Counted from the stretch's first letter, positions 31,249-41,831 are shown. The stretch: DNA of 64,000 nucleotides from an uncultured delta proteobacterium (GCA_963737905.1 CAVTUQ010000017.1:1-64000); one strand, 5' to 3'. Translations and numbers: made by a program. Notes: generated by a model not told the origin, from the letters alone.

Positions 31249-33144
31249 ATGAGTTGGCTTCAGAAACTCGATGAAACTTACCAGAGATGTGCACGTAACC
31301 CAAGGTTCGTCGGCGAAGCGAAGCCGCTGTTGCCAATCAGCCATGCGACACAGCAAGCTCATGTCGAGATCGTCATAGACGATCAGGGGAAGTTTCGGCG
31401 GGCAACCGTTCTTCCCAAAGTAGAAACGATCCTGCCTGCTACGGAGCAATCGGCTGGCCGGTCCAGTGGCGAAGCACCGCACCCACTCTGCGATAAAATT
31501 CACTATTGCGCCGCCGACTATCCTAAGTATGGCGGTCAGAAACCTGCGTATTACGTCGGATACGCCGAACAGCTGTCGCAATGGTGCAATTCCAGCTTTT
31601 CTCACGCCAAAACCAAGGCTGTGCTCAAGTATGTCAGCAAAGGAACCGTCGTTGCTGATCTTCTCCGCGAGAAGATTTTGCACGTGGGCGATGACGGGAA
31701 ACTCGTGACTTCTTGGGACTCCGATGCCCCTGGACCCGACATATTTAAGTATTTGGCTGCCAAGAAAGAGTCAGGCGTCACGATTCGAGACCAAGGGGAT
31801 GCGTTGGTACGCTGGCGCGTTGAGACGGTAGGAATTCCCTTGTCCGCAACATGGGAAGACCAAGACTTGATGCAAGCTTGGATTGGCTTCTATGCAAGTC
31901 AGAAACAAAGCCGGGGGCTTTGTCAGGTGACTGGAGAAGAATCGATATTGGCGGATCAGCATCCTGCCAGGCTGAGGCACGGTGGAGACAAAGCGAAGCT
32001 GATTTCCTCCAACGATACTAGCGGATTTACTTTTCTCGGACGGTTTATTGATGCCGATCAAGCGTGCGGCGTAGGATTTGATGTCACCCAAAGAGCCCAT
32101 AATGCTTTGCGCTGGTTGATTGGGCGACAGGCATACCGAACTGGGGATCAGGTTGTTGTGGCGTGGGCCGTGTCAGGTAAGCAGATTCCCGATCCTTTCA
32201 AAAACTCGCATGAGTTATTTGGTATTGAGACGCACCAACTGGAAGTAGAGCTGGCATTGCAAGGAGATGTGGGACAGGCGTTTGGAAGGAGACTCGCCCA
32301 GTTGATTGCCGGCTATCGAGCAGAACTCGGTTCGACCAATGAAATTGTCGTCATGGGACTCGACTCGGCTACGCCAGGCCGTATGGCGATCACATTCTAT
32401 CGGGAACTGAGAGGTTCGGAATTTCTCGAGCGCGTTCAAGCGTGGCATGAAAACCTTGCCTGGTTCCAACACTATTCCAAAGAAATTCGCTTCATAGGAG
32501 CGCCGTCTCCTAGAGAAATTGCCGAGGTCGCTTTCGGGCGGCGATTGGACGACAAACTACGGAAAGCAACGGTAGAGCGCCTGCTGCCCTGCATTATTGA
32601 CGGGCAGCCGATTCCTCGCGACCTCATGGAATCGGCGGTACGCAAAACCTGTAACCGGGCAGGTCTCGAACCTTGGGAGTGGGAAAAGAACCTAGGCATC
32701 GCTTGCGCCTTATTCAGAGGTTATTTCGCAGAAAGGAGCTACCAGATGGCGTTAGAATCGAATCGGACCACACGTGATTATCTTTACGGCCGGCTGTTGG
32801 CAATTGCGGAACATATCGAAGACCGTGCACTTTATATCGCTGGTGAAAGACGGGATACGAGCGCAGCCAAGCTCATGCAACGTTTTGCCGACCGTCCCTA
32901 CTCAACCTGGAGAACAATTGAGCTTTCGTTAGGACCATACAAGACACGTCTCCGTGCCAAGCGTCCATCGTTCCTGAATGAAATGGGAAGAAAGCTCGAT
33001 GAGGTTATCGGCGCGTTTCATGAGCCGGATTTCACGGACGAACGACGGCTTTCCGGTGAATTCCTGCTTGGATATCATTGCCAGCGACAGGCGTTGTGGG
33101 CCAAACCAGAGAACGGAACAGATGAAGAGGATAATGATAGCTAA
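31249..33144 (+). CDS. cas8c: Type I-C Cas8c/Csd1
   Basis: MSWLQKLDETY, PHPLCDK, GLCQVTG, AKLISSND, RDYLYGRLLAIAE, FLLGYHCQR. Confidence 0.93.
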   Translation: MSWLQKLDETYQRCARNPRFVGEAKPLLPISHATQQAHVEIVIDDQGKFRRATVLPKVETILPATEQSAGRSSGEAPHPLCDKIHYCAADYPKYGGQKPAYYVGYAEQLSQWCNSSFSHAKTKAVLKYVSKGTVVADLLREKILHVGDDGKLVTSWDSDAPGPDIFKYLAAKKESGVTIRDQGDALVRWRVETVGIPLSATWEDQDLMQAWIGFYASQKQSRGLCQVTGEESILADQHPARLRHGGDKAKLISSNDTSGFTFLGRFIDADQACGVGFDVTQRAHNALRWLIGRQAYRTGDQVVVAWAVSGKQIPDPFKNSHELFGIETHQLEVELALQGDVGQAFGRRLAQLIAGYRAELGSTNEIVVMGLDSATPGRMAITFYRELRGSEFLERVQAWHENLAWFQHYSKEIRFIGAPSPREIAEVAFGRRLDDKLRKATVERLLPCIIDGQPIPRDLMESAVRKTCNRAGLEPWEWEKNLGIACALFRGYFAERSYQMALESNRTTRDYLYGRLLAIAEHIEDRALYIAGERRDTSAAKLMQRFADRPYSTWRTIELSLGPYKTRLRAKRPSFLNEMGRKLDEVIGAFHEPDFTDERRLSGEFLLGYHCQRQALWAKPENGTDEEDNDS

Positions 33145-33162
33145 GTTGGCCAAGGAGGAAAT

Positions 33163-34011
33163 ATGAGCACGTTGCAACAAAAGATAGACTTTGCCGTTGT
33201 TCTTCGCGTCAAGAACGCAAATCCCAACGGCGACCCTCTGAACGGGAACCGACCGCGCACGGACTATGATGGACTCGGCGAAATAACTGACGTGTGCATC
33301 AAGCGCAAGATCAGAGATCGGCTTCTCGAAAAAGGCAGCGCGATTTTCGTTCAGTCGGACGATAGAAAGGTGGACGACGCGAAAAGCCTGCGGGGTAGGG
33401 CCGAGGCTGCCCTTGGGAAAAAGCTTGGTTCCACCGACACAGCCAAAATCGCTTGTGAGAAATGGTTCGATGTCCGTGCCTTCGGTCAGCTTTTCGCGTT
33501 TAAGTCTGACAAAAAAGGTAAGAAAAAAGACGAGGGTGATGATGGAGATACGGGCGTTTCCATCGGAATACGCGGACCTGTCACAGTCCAATCCGCGTTC
33601 AGCGTAGAGCGTGTGAGTATTACAAGCACGCAGATTACGAAAAGCGTCAGCGGTGAAGGAGATGGTAGCAAGCGCAGTTCTGACACAATGGGTATGAAGC
33701 ATCGTGTGGATCAGGGTGTGTATGTATTCTTCGGTAGCATGAACCCGCAGCTAGCGGAGAAAACCGGGTTTAGTGACGAAGATGCTGATGCAATCAAACA
33801 GCTATTACCACGGCTTTTCGAGAACGACGCTTCATCAGCCAGACCCGAAGGCAGCATGGAGGTATCTAAAGTGTTCTGGTGGAAGCATAACTGCAAAGCG
33901 GGACAATACTCCTCCGCCAAAGTTCACCGCACGTTGTCCGTCAAACCTGATGGCAGTTACGAACTCGGGAGTCTTGAAGGCCTGAAACCTGAAGAAATTG
34001 ACGGCTTTTGA
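33163..34011 (+). CDS. cas7: Type I-C Cas7/Csd2
   Basis: ANPNGDPLNGNRPR, TDVCIKRKIRD, DVRAFG, IRGPV, SSARPEG. Confidence 0.95.
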   Translation: MSTLQQKIDFAVVLRVKNANPNGDPLNGNRPRTDYDGLGEITDVCIKRKIRDRLLEKGSAIFVQSDDRKVDDAKSLRGRAEAALGKKLGSTDTAKIACEKWFDVRAFGQLFAFKSDKKGKKKDEGDDGDTGVSIGIRGPVTVQSAFSVERVSITSTQITKSVSGEGDGSKRSSDTMGMKHRVDQGVYVFFGSMNPQLAEKTGFSDEDADAIKQLLPRLFENDASSARPEGSMEVSKVFWWKHNCKAGQYSSAKVHRTLSVKPDGSYELGSLEGLKPEEIDGF

Positions 34012-34050
34012 GAAACATCGGATTCGTCAGTTCACGAAGCGAATTGAACC

Positions 34051-34674
34051 ATGAGCGCCAACATCGAAGACGACCTCGTCATGATCTCCGCCCTGGAGCA
34101 TTACAGTTACTGCCCGCGGCAGTGTGCGCTGATTCATGTTGAGCAAACATTTGACGAGAACCTTTATACGTTGCGCGGCCGGGTTGTGCATGAGCGGGTG
34201 GATGAGCCGTTGGCTGAATTTCAGGAAGGCGTGCGGGTCGAACGGGCGCTGCCGTTGTGGTCGAAACGGCTGGGGCTAATCGGCAAGGCGGATGTCGTCG
34301 AATTTCACGGTGTAATTCCCTATCCCGTCGAGTACAAGCATGGCTCAAAGCGTGAACGGGAGCATGACGATCTGCAACTCTGTGCGCAGGCGATCTGTCT
34401 TGAGGAAATGGCCGGAAAAGCTGTTCCGAAGGGCGCGATCTTTTATCACAGCTCGCGCCGGCGGCGGGAAGTGGCATTTACAGACGCCCTTCGTACCGAC
34501 GTAGAAGCCGCCACGGATGCGATTAGGACAATGATGAAGGAACAAAACCTGCCGCCACCTGTGAATGACAGCCGGTGCCGTCACTGTTCGCTTAAAGATT
34601 CGTGCATGCCTGCGGTTGTGGGGGAGAAGGCGAGGGCCGCTGCTTTGCTACGCAGCTTATTCGTGGCGGTTTAG
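34051..34674 (+). CDS. cas4: Cas4
   Basis: ISALEHYSYCPRQCAL, GKADVVE, PVEYKHG, QLCAQAICLEEM, CRHCSLKDSC. Confidence 0.95.
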   Translation: MSANIEDDLVMISALEHYSYCPRQCALIHVEQTFDENLYTLRGRVVHERVDEPLAEFQEGVRVERALPLWSKRLGLIGKADVVEFHGVIPYPVEYKHGSKREREHDDLQLCAQAICLEEMAGKAVPKGAIFYHSSRRRREVAFTDALRTDVEAATDAIRTMMKEQNLPPPVNDSRCRHCSLKDSCMPAVVGEKARAAALLRSLFVAV

Positions 34675-34688
34675 TATATGAGGAAAAT

Positions 34689-35720
34689 ATGCATCAACTT
34701 CTGAATACCCTTTACGTAACCACAGAAAATTCTTTCTTGCGCCTCGATCATGAAACCCTGAAAGTAAGCGTCGAGAAGGAAACGAAGCTTCAGGTGCCGC
34801 TGCATCATCTCGGGGGCGTAGTTTGCTTCGGCGACGTGATGGTCAGTCCGGCGCTGATGCGGCGCTGTGGCGAGGATGGGCGCTCGCTGGTTTTGCTCGA
34901 CCGTAACGGTCGCTTTAAAGCACGACTTGAAGGGCCGGTATCGGGTAACGTCCTTCTTAGGCGGGCGCAACATCAATGGTCGACCAACGCAGAAAAGTCG
35001 CTTGGCATCGCTAAGAAGATCGTTGCCGGTAAGATCCAGAACTCGAGGCAAGTTCTCATGCGTGCCGCGAGGGAAGCGGCGGATGCCGACGATGAAAAGG
35101 GTCTAAGAGAGGGCGCGGAGGCGCTAGCTGATGCGCTGGTACGGATTCCCAACGGCGACGATATCGATCAGCTTCGCGGATTTGAAGGGGAATCCGCCCG
35201 CGCATACTTCAACTGTTTCGATCACATGGTTCTCGAAGACCGCGAATCGTTTCGTCTCGACGGCAGAAACCGCCGCCCGCCTCTCGATCCAATGAATGCG
35301 CTTCTCTCATTTATCTACTCGATGCTGACGAACGACTGCGTTTCGGCAGCGGAAGGCGTAGGATTGGATCCTCAAGTCGGATTTCTGCACGTCCTGAGGC
35401 CGGGCCGACCGGCGCTTGCTTTGGATTTGATGGAAGAGTTGAGGGCGATTCTCGCGGACCGTCTGGCTCTGACATTGGTGAATCGCCGGCAGGTGACCTC
35501 CGCAAACTTCGAAGATCGTCCAGGTGGTGCCGTACATCTCGGCGAAGAGGGAAGGAAGGTTGTAGTGGTCGCATATCAGACTCGGAAGCAGGAAGAAATC
35601 CTTCATCCGTTGCTGGAGCAAAAAGTTCCCTTGGGGCTTGTGCCGCATGTGCAAGCGCGTTTATTGGCGCGCGTCTTGCGCGGCGACATGGAGGAGTATG
35701 TTCCGTTTCTCTATCGGTAG
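34689..35720 (+). CDS. cas1: Type I-C Cas1
   Basis: LLNTLYVT, GNVLLRRAQ, RGFEG, RNRRPPLDPMNALLSF, GLDPQVGFLH, LALDLMEELR. Confidence 0.96.
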   Translation: MHQLLNTLYVTTENSFLRLDHETLKVSVEKETKLQVPLHHLGGVVCFGDVMVSPALMRRCGEDGRSLVLLDRNGRFKARLEGPVSGNVLLRRAQHQWSTNAEKSLGIAKKIVAGKIQNSRQVLMRAAREAADADDEKGLREGAEALADALVRIPNGDDIDQLRGFEGESARAYFNCFDHMVLEDRESFRLDGRNRRPPLDPMNALLSFIYSMLTNDCVSAAEGVGLDPQVGFLHVLRPGRPALALDLMEELRAILADRLALTLVNRRQVTSANFEDRPGGAVHLGEEGRKVVVVAYQTRKQEEILHPLLEQKVPLGLVPHVQARLLARVLRGDMEEYVPFLYR

Positions 35721-35728
35721 CTCTGACT

Positions 35729-36019
35729 ATGCTGATTCTTGTTTCCTACGACGTTTCAACGAAAACTGCCGAAGGCGAGAAACGTCTTCGCAAGGTAGCA
35801 CAACTGTGTAAAGACTTCGGCCAGCGCGTGCAAAAATCAGTATTCGAGTGTTCTGTAGATCAGGCGCAGTACGAGGATCTTGTTCGTCGCCTTCGTCAGT
35901 GTATAGAGGAGGATGAAGATAGCATCCGGTTCTATAGGCTCGTCGAGCCGCGTGATCGCTATATGAAAGTGTATGGTGTCAACCGTGATGTTGATTTTGA
36001 GGCGCCTCTTATTTTTTGA
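35729..36019 (+). CDS. cas2: Cas2
   Basis: LVSYDV, RLRKVAQLCKDFGQRVQKSVFEC, DSIRFY. Confidence 0.96.
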   Translation: MLILVSYDVSTKTAEGEKRLRKVAQLCKDFGQRVQKSVFECSVDQAQYEDLVRRLRQCIEEDEDSIRFYRLVEPRDRYMKVYGVNRDVDFEAPLIF

Positions 36020-36207
36020 CTACTGGAACGCGAACCATGAGTGATGAGAAACAACGCATAAGGATCGCGGCAAGTTCAATCCCTGAAGAATTAAAGATTT
36101 TTCCGATGTCGTCGGCGATTGAGAACCACCTGGAAACGTCGGTGTCGTGGTGGTTCGCGCTTGGTGCCGATAAAAATGAAAGGAGACAAGCACTTATCAT
36201 ATGCACT
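36020..36207 (+). promoter_or_regulatory. CRISPR leader
   Basis: Lies between cas2 and the first repeat; inverted CGCGAACCA (36029-36037) / TGGTTCGCG (36151-36159) motifs of the kind seen in I-C leaders. Confidence 0.75.
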
Positions 36208-38062
36208 GTAGCGCCCGCTCTTCGGAGCGGGCGAGGATTGAAACGTACCTGAGCGCCGTACTCCTGCGCGATGTTGCCGTGTAGCGCCCGCTCTTCGGAG
36301 CGGGCGAGGATTGAAACATCTGATTTGGCTCCCGAAGCTACATCACTGCTGTAGCGCCCGCTCTTCGGAGCGGGCGAGGATTGAAACTCCATTCATACCG
36401 GAGGCTGCACGGTAGAAGCCGGGTAGCGCCCGCTCTTCGGAGCGGGCGAGGATTGAAACATAATGATCGTACCGGAAATGCTTAAATCCTCTATCGTAGC
36501 GCCCGCTCTTCGGAGCGGGCGAGGATTGAAACCTACATATACGTGTGCCATCGTAGATCGGCATCAACATGGGTAGCGCCCGCTCTTCGGAGCGGGCGAG
36601 GATTGAAACATCCTGTCCGCCCTGCATCTAATATCGCCGGGTCAGGTAGCGCCCGCTCTTCGGAGCGGGCGAGGATTGAAACTGTCTGCGATGCAGCGAA
36701 GCTCGCCTACGCATGAGTAGCGCCCGCTCTTCGGAGCGGGCGAGGATTGAAACGTTCCTACCGCCGAGGCACCCTGACGGGCAGGCACGTAGCGCCCGCT
36801 CTTCGGAGCGGGCGAGGATTGAAACGGTGGGGCGATATATCGGCAGCGAGTTTGCTGCTACGTAGCGCCCGCTCTTCGGAGCGGGCGAGGATTGAAACAC
36901 GGTGGACAATGGAAGTCGCCACAATATTACCAGGTAGCGCCCGCTCTTCGGAGCGGGCGAGGATTGAAACTCACGGAGGTCAGTCACCACGCCATTGAGC
37001 CAGTTGGTAGCGCCCGCTCTTCGGAGCGGGCGAGGATTGAAACATTTTTAGCGACGTATCTGTCTAAGCTGCAAGGTAGAGTAGCGCCCGCTCTTCGGAG
37101 CGGGCGAGGATTGAAACGGGCGAAATCCACTATCGACGCAGGGTGAAACCGGGTAGCGCCCGCTCTTCGGAGCGGGCGAGGATTGAAACTATATTTTGTC
37201 ATCGGTCCCCGCATCAGTCATTTAAGTAGCGCCCGCTCTTCGGAGCGGGCGAGGATTGAAACTTTTTGTAACGAGATTACAGACCACACGACGCTTACTG
37301 TAGCGCCCGCTCTTCGGAGCGGGCGAGGATTGAAACTCGTTACAATAATCACAGTAGCACCGTAACAGGATACGTAGCGCCCGCTCTTCGGAGCGGGCGA
37401 GGATTGAAACCTTCATGGAAGTTACGCTCCAGAGTCTCATGCCGCGTAGCGCCCGCTCTTCGGAGCGGGCGAGGATTGAAACCCAACCTAAGTAATCAAA
37501 GCGAAACGCGGCGATAGTAGCGCCCGCTCTTCGGAGCGGGCGAGGATTGAAACCATGCAAATGGCTGCTAATCATGCTGGAATTACCTAGGTAGCGCCCG
37601 CTCTTCGGAGCGGGCGAGGATTGAAACCTCGAATCCGCCTATTAGATCGGCCTTGCTGATTTTGTAGCGCCCGCTCTTCGGAGCGGGCGAGGATTGAAAC
37701 ACCAGTAACGGCAGCAGGCCACGCCCTAGGGGAGGTAGCGCCCGCTCTTCGGAGCGGGCGAGGATTGAAACCCAACTGTTCTTTTGCGAGATGGGATCGA
37801 CGCCGATGTAGCGCCCGCTCTTCGGAGCGGGCGAGGATTGAAACATTGCCTGCCACACAACTGAAGCGGCGGTTTTGTCGTAGCGCCCGCTCTTCGGAGC
37901 GGGCGAGGATTGAAACCGTGGGCGAATAACCTCGGGCTACAGGGGATAAACGGGTAGCGCCCGCTCTTCGGAGCGGGCGAGGATTGAAACCAGCCGTTGC
38001 TGATCGTGTTTGTGTGCCTGCGAGCGTAGCGCCCGCTCTTCGGAGCGGGCGAGGATTGAAAC
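36208..38062 (+). CRISPR. Type I-C CRISPR array, 26 repeats and 25 spacers (33-40 nt)
   Basis: 37-bp repeat GTAGCGCCCGCTCTTCGGAGCGGGCGAGGATTGAAAC with a CGCCCGCTC-TTCG-GAGCGGGCG hairpin and ATTGAAAC 3' end. Confidence 0.98.
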
Positions 38063-38136
38063 AATGCCGACCCGTTGATTGTTCCTTCAATCGTTGGCTC
38101 GATCCCCGACCGTCCTAATGTGATACTCTCGCCCCG

Positions 38137-38337
38137 ATGGCGCGGGTAAAGCCAAGAACTATTCGCCTGATTGGCCGGCTTCACGCATGCTTGTGGAAGC
38201 TAACCGACGGAAAACTAGGGAATGGGTTCGAAACGGCACCGTTCATGATCCTCACCACGTCTCCGGGTAAATTCCACCGCAGGTGGAAAGCGCGATCGAC
38301 CGCTCATCTTATCGGCCGGAACTTGGGCAGGGTATAA
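38137..38337 (+). pseudogene. Truncated deazaflavin-dependent nitroreductase (DDN) family gene
   Basis: GRLHACLWKLTDGKLGNGFETAPFMILTT matches the DDN N-terminus, then similarity is lost. Confidence 0.55.
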
Positions 38338-38741
38338 TCCTCATTGTCTTCGTACACGACCTCCACCGGCATGCCGATCTTGACTTCTTCCGGCGGGCAT
38401 TCGATGACGTTGCTGATCAGGCGCGGTCCCTCGTCGAGATCGACCAACGAAACATTGTACGGCACTTTGCCTTCGTAGGACGGATGCCAGGCGCGGTTGT
38501 AGCTGACAAAGGAATAGACTTTGCCTTTGCCGCTGAGGGTTACCCATTCGTAGTCGGGCGACAAGCAGTGCGGGCACGATCCCTGCGGCGGAAAGGTGAA
38601 TAATTGGCTGCACGCTTTGCAGCGCTGAGCCGACAGTTTGTGCTCTCGAAGGTTGGCCCAGAAAGGCTTGGCTTCAAGCTCCTCTAGAAAGGGTTTGACT
38701 TTGCGAATGGCTCGGCCGCGGCTATCACTGGATTCGCTCAT
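38304..38741 (-). CDS. Zn-ribbon/OB-fold protein (DUF35, ChsH2-like)
   Basis: PFW...QRCKAC...FPPQGSCPHC...SGKGKVYSF...VDLDEGPRLISN. Confidence 0.88.
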   Translation of the reverse strand: MSESSDSRGRAIRKVKPFLEELEAKPFWANLREHKLSAQRCKACSQLFTFPPQGSCPHCLSPDYEWVTLSGKGKVYSFVSYNRAWHPSYEGKVPYNVSLVDLDEGPRLISNVIECPPEEVKIGMPVEVVYEDNEDYTLPKFRPIR

Positions 38742-39892
38742 AGGGCCCCCAAAATGAGTGTTGCGTGCATGCACAAGCTGCCGCCATGGCCACTGACGAT
38801 GCCGGCTTTGGCATCTTTCACCTGGCGCTCGGGTTCGACTTCGTTGCCGCGCAGCTGTTTCACGGCTTCCGTTACATGCAACATGCCTTCGATGTGCGCT
38901 TGCGACAGCAGACCGCCGTGCGTGTTGACCGGCAGCTCACCGCCGACTTCGATGCGGCCGTTCTTGACGAAATCTCTGCCGTCGCCCTTTTTACAAAAGC
39001 CGTAATCTTCGAGCGTGATCATTGTCGTGATCGTGAAGCAGTCGTAGATCTCGGCGAAGTCCATGTCCTTTGGGGTGAGGCCCGCCTGTTTGTAGGCCAG
39101 CTCCGAAGATTTTTTGCCGCCGAGGGTAGTCAAAGTCGGCGCGTCCATCAAACTGAAGTGCGGGTGATGTTGGCCCATGCCCAGGATCGCCACGGGCCGC
39201 TTTGGAAAATCACGCGCGCGCTCGGCGCTGGTAACGAGAACCGCCCCGCCGCCGTCGGACTCCAGGGCGCAATCGAACAGGCGGAGCGGATCGACGATGG
39301 TGCGCGATGCCTGGTGATCGGCGATGGTCATGGGCTTACGCATAGTCGCGTTCTGGTTCAAGCAGGCATGCTTGCGCGTCGCCACCGCGATGTGCGCGAG
39401 GTCTTCGCTGGTGGTGCCGAACTCGTACATGTGACGCTGGGCGGCAAAGGCATGATTGGCGACAGCGGAAAAGTGTCCCCACGGCTCTTCCCAGTGTTCG
39501 TCACCGTGTCGGATCGGATGGCCCGGCGTCGGATCGGGAGTGCCGCGCTTGCGCGCGTGCACGCACATAACGGTGTTGGCCATCCCGGCTTCGATAGCCA
39601 TCACCGCGTTCTGGACCATGGCGATGGGCGTCGCGCCGCCGAGGGCAAGATCCGTGGCATAGTTGGGACGCATACGCGCCATGTTTGCCATCCTCACTGC
39701 GTAACTTCGGTGCGCATCGTTGAGCGGCTGGTTGGTGACGAATCCGTCGACGTCGGCGGCTTTGATACCGGCGTCGTCCAGACAAGCTTTGATGCATTCT
39801 AAATGGAGTGAATGTGTGCTGGCATCGGGTCGCTTGCCGACTTTGGTTTCCGCGACACTGACGATGGCGTATTTCCCACTAATGTTTGCCAT
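38738..39892 (-). CDS. Thiolase family protein (SCP-x/Ltp2-like)
   Basis: PLRLFDC, SDGGGAVLV, AEIYDCFT, PVNTHGGLLS; paired with DUF35. Confidence 0.88.
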   Translation of the reverse strand: MANISGKYAIVSVAETKVGKRPDASTHSLHLECIKACLDDAGIKAADVDGFVTNQPLNDAHRSYAVRMANMARMRPNYATDLALGGATPIAMVQNAVMAIEAGMANTVMCVHARKRGTPDPTPGHPIRHGDEHWEEPWGHFSAVANHAFAAQRHMYEFGTTSEDLAHIAVATRKHACLNQNATMRKPMTIADHQASRTIVDPLRLFDCALESDGGGAVLVTSAERARDFPKRPVAILGMGQHHPHFSLMDAPTLTTLGGKKSSELAYKQAGLTPKDMDFAEIYDCFTITTMITLEDYGFCKKGDGRDFVKNGRIEVGGELPVNTHGGLLSQAHIEGMLHVTEAVKQLRGNEVEPERQVKDAKAGIVSGHGGSLCMHATLILGAL

Positions 39893-40116
39893 AAAGCCCT
39901 CCGGTCGAAATCGTTGGAGTGTTGGGATACTGGCGTATCGCCGAAGGCGCAAAGTGCAGTACCCAAGCTTTCCATTACTCCAATCGCCGCAATATTTCCA
40001 ATCTCCATCGCGTCCATTTCGATATCACCCGACGACCTGGAGTTTCCTCAGCGGAGGATCGGCTGGTGGTTTAGCGAGATTGCTGGATCCAAAAGGGGGA
40101 AAATATTAAAGTTAGC

Positions 40117-40845
40117 TCACGCTTTTAAACCGGCGAAGGCCGGTTCAATCCATTCATCCGGTAGCTCATTCACCGAGGCGCGCAACCGCTCCTGCCACCA
40201 GTTGGAGGCATGCTCAAGATCTTTTTTTTCGTAGCGATGCTCGATGATCCGATAGCTGCCGCCCTTATAAAGAACGACGTCAATGGGAAAATCTACGCCC
40301 GCTGCGCTCACTCGGGTGGAGTCGAAGGCCAAACAGCCGACCTTGAGAGCGAAGCGCATCGGATCCTGGTATTTGAGCGTGCGGTCGAGAATGGGTTTAC
40401 CGTAACCCGACGCACCGATGATCTGATAGGGCGTGCCCTGGCCGACCTCGGTCCAGTTTCCTTGCGGGTAGAGTAGAAAAAGCTTGTGTTCTTTATCGTC
40501 TTCGAACTGGCCGCCGATCAGAGCTGAAAAATCAAAGCTCAAACCGCTTTCTTGGAGCGATCCCCTGTCCTCCTGGGCGACCCGGCGGATCTGCGCAGCA
40601 AAAAGATTGACCGCTTTGAACAGGTGGTCGAGCGGCTCCTCATGTTGCGCCATAGATTCTTCGAAATAAGTCACCGCTTTGTCCCTCAATGACCGTAGGC
40701 CCGCGGTCACCACAAACATCGCTTGACGATCTTGTTGGTAAACCGACACTTTTCGGGCCACCACCATCTCGTTGCCGGACAAAACCCGAGTGTCGGCGAT
40801 GCCGACAAGGCCATCCGCTAATTTGATTCCCAAGCAGAAGGTCAT
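40117..40845 (-). CDS. Proteasome-type Ntn peptidase (Anbu-like)
   Basis: N-terminal MTFCLG (Thr nucleophile), ADTR, LYPQGNW, QIIGASGYGKPILDR. Confidence 0.88.
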   Translation of the reverse strand: MTFCLGIKLADGLVGIADTRVLSGNEMVVARKVSVYQQDRQAMFVVTAGLRSLRDKAVTYFEESMAQHEEPLDHLFKAVNLFAAQIRRVAQEDRGSLQESGLSFDFSALIGGQFEDDKEHKLFLLYPQGNWTEVGQGTPYQIIGASGYGKPILDRTLKYQDPMRFALKVGCLAFDSTRVSAAGVDFPIDVVLYKGGSYRIIEHRYEKKDLEHASNWWQERLRASVNELPDEWIEPAFAGLKA

Positions 40846-41831
40846 CCACTACCCTGTATTTGAGCTTGGCCAGCCGATTCCCCTATGGGTCGGAGGGCAA
40901 AGAAGGTATCGAAAATAGAATGGTCCACCAGATTGAGTTTCTTTTGCAGCCCGTCGAGAAATTCATGGAGCCCTACCGCGATGATCTGCCGAGTGTCCGT
41001 GTAGGCGAGCTCGGCGCGCAACCGGCCAAGGTGTTGCTCGGCCGGGTTACGGTACATACCGATGGGAGTGCCGGACATGGCGTGGAGAGAATCGTTGGCC
41101 GTGGTTAGGCAGTAATGGATGGAACGTGGAAATTCACGGTCGAGCAGAAGGAACTCGATAATCTGATCAGGCACGATAGGACCATGGCGTTTGCGGTACA
41201 TTTCCAGGGCGCTCGCCGATCGCAACACGGCTGCCCATTGAATATCGTCCAGCGGGGTTCCCACGTCCGTTACAGAGGGAAGCAAGATGAAATATTTCAC
41301 GTCGAGCAGTCTCGAAGTCTTGTCCGCCCGTTCCAAAAGACGACCCATGCGGTAAAAATGCCACCCCTCGTCATGCAGCATGGTCGCTTCGGTGATGCCG
41401 TCGAAAAGATGGCTGGCCTTTTTTACTTCGCTAAAAAAGCTATAGGGCGACTCCATGATGCGCGGATCGAATGCTGCGGCGTTGACCATCAAATAGCAAG
41501 TATTGATCTGCTCCCACATTTCAGGGGAAATCGCTTCCCGTATCGTGCGGGCATTCTCACGGGCGGCCCGCAAACAGGAAATAATCGAGTTGGGATTATT
41601 GGTATCAAAAGTGAGAAAACGGATCACATTTTCCCGGCTTGGGCCGCTAAAGTGCTCGGCAAAAGCCGCGTCGTCACCGGTGATGATGACGAGCGGTGCC
41701 CACTGCTCCGTGGACCCGCTGGGGAGGTCGAGGATCATCTGCAGATTCACGTCGATGAAGCGCGCAACGTTTTCGGCCCGTTCCGTATAACGGCTCATCC
41801 AGTAAATGGAATTGGCGACTCGGCTCAGCAT
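40842..41831 (-). CDS. Alpha-E domain protein (DUF403)
   Basis: MLSRVANSIYWMSRYTERAENVAR, ARENARTIRE, GRLLERADKTSR, FPRSI. Confidence 0.92.
   Translation of the reverse strand: MLSRVANSIYWMSRYTERAENVARFIDVNLQMILDLPSGSTEQWAPLVIITGDDAAFAEHFSGPSRENVIRFLTFDTNNPNSIISCLRAARENARTIREAISPEMWEQINTCYLMVNAAAFDPRIMESPYSFFSEVKKASHLFDGITEATMLHDEGWHFYRMGRLLERADKTSRLLDVKYFILLPSVTDVGTPLDDIQWAAVLRSASALEMYRKRHGPIVPDQIIEFLLLDREFPRSIHYCLTTANDSLHAMSGTPIGMYRNPAEQHLGRLRAELAYTDTRQIIAVGLHEFLDGLQKKLNLVDHSIFDTFFALRPIGESAGQAQIQGSG

Noticed and set aside
36971-36982. Spacer 11 start matches the TPR gene near 20075-20086 on the minus strand
   Set aside because: Only about 11-12 nt match, compatible with chance; not self-targeting
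37263-37350. Spacers 15 and 16 share a 9-nt reverse-complement (TTGTAACGA/TCGTTACAA)
   Set aside because: Too short to show overlapping or primed acquisition
24876-38140. Defence island as an integrative mobile element
   Set aside because: No integrase, transposase, tRNA or att-like terminal repeats were seen
36009-38184. ORFs overlapping the CRISPR array
   Set aside because: They are translations of the repeats (SSPAPKSGRY, ILARSEERAL)
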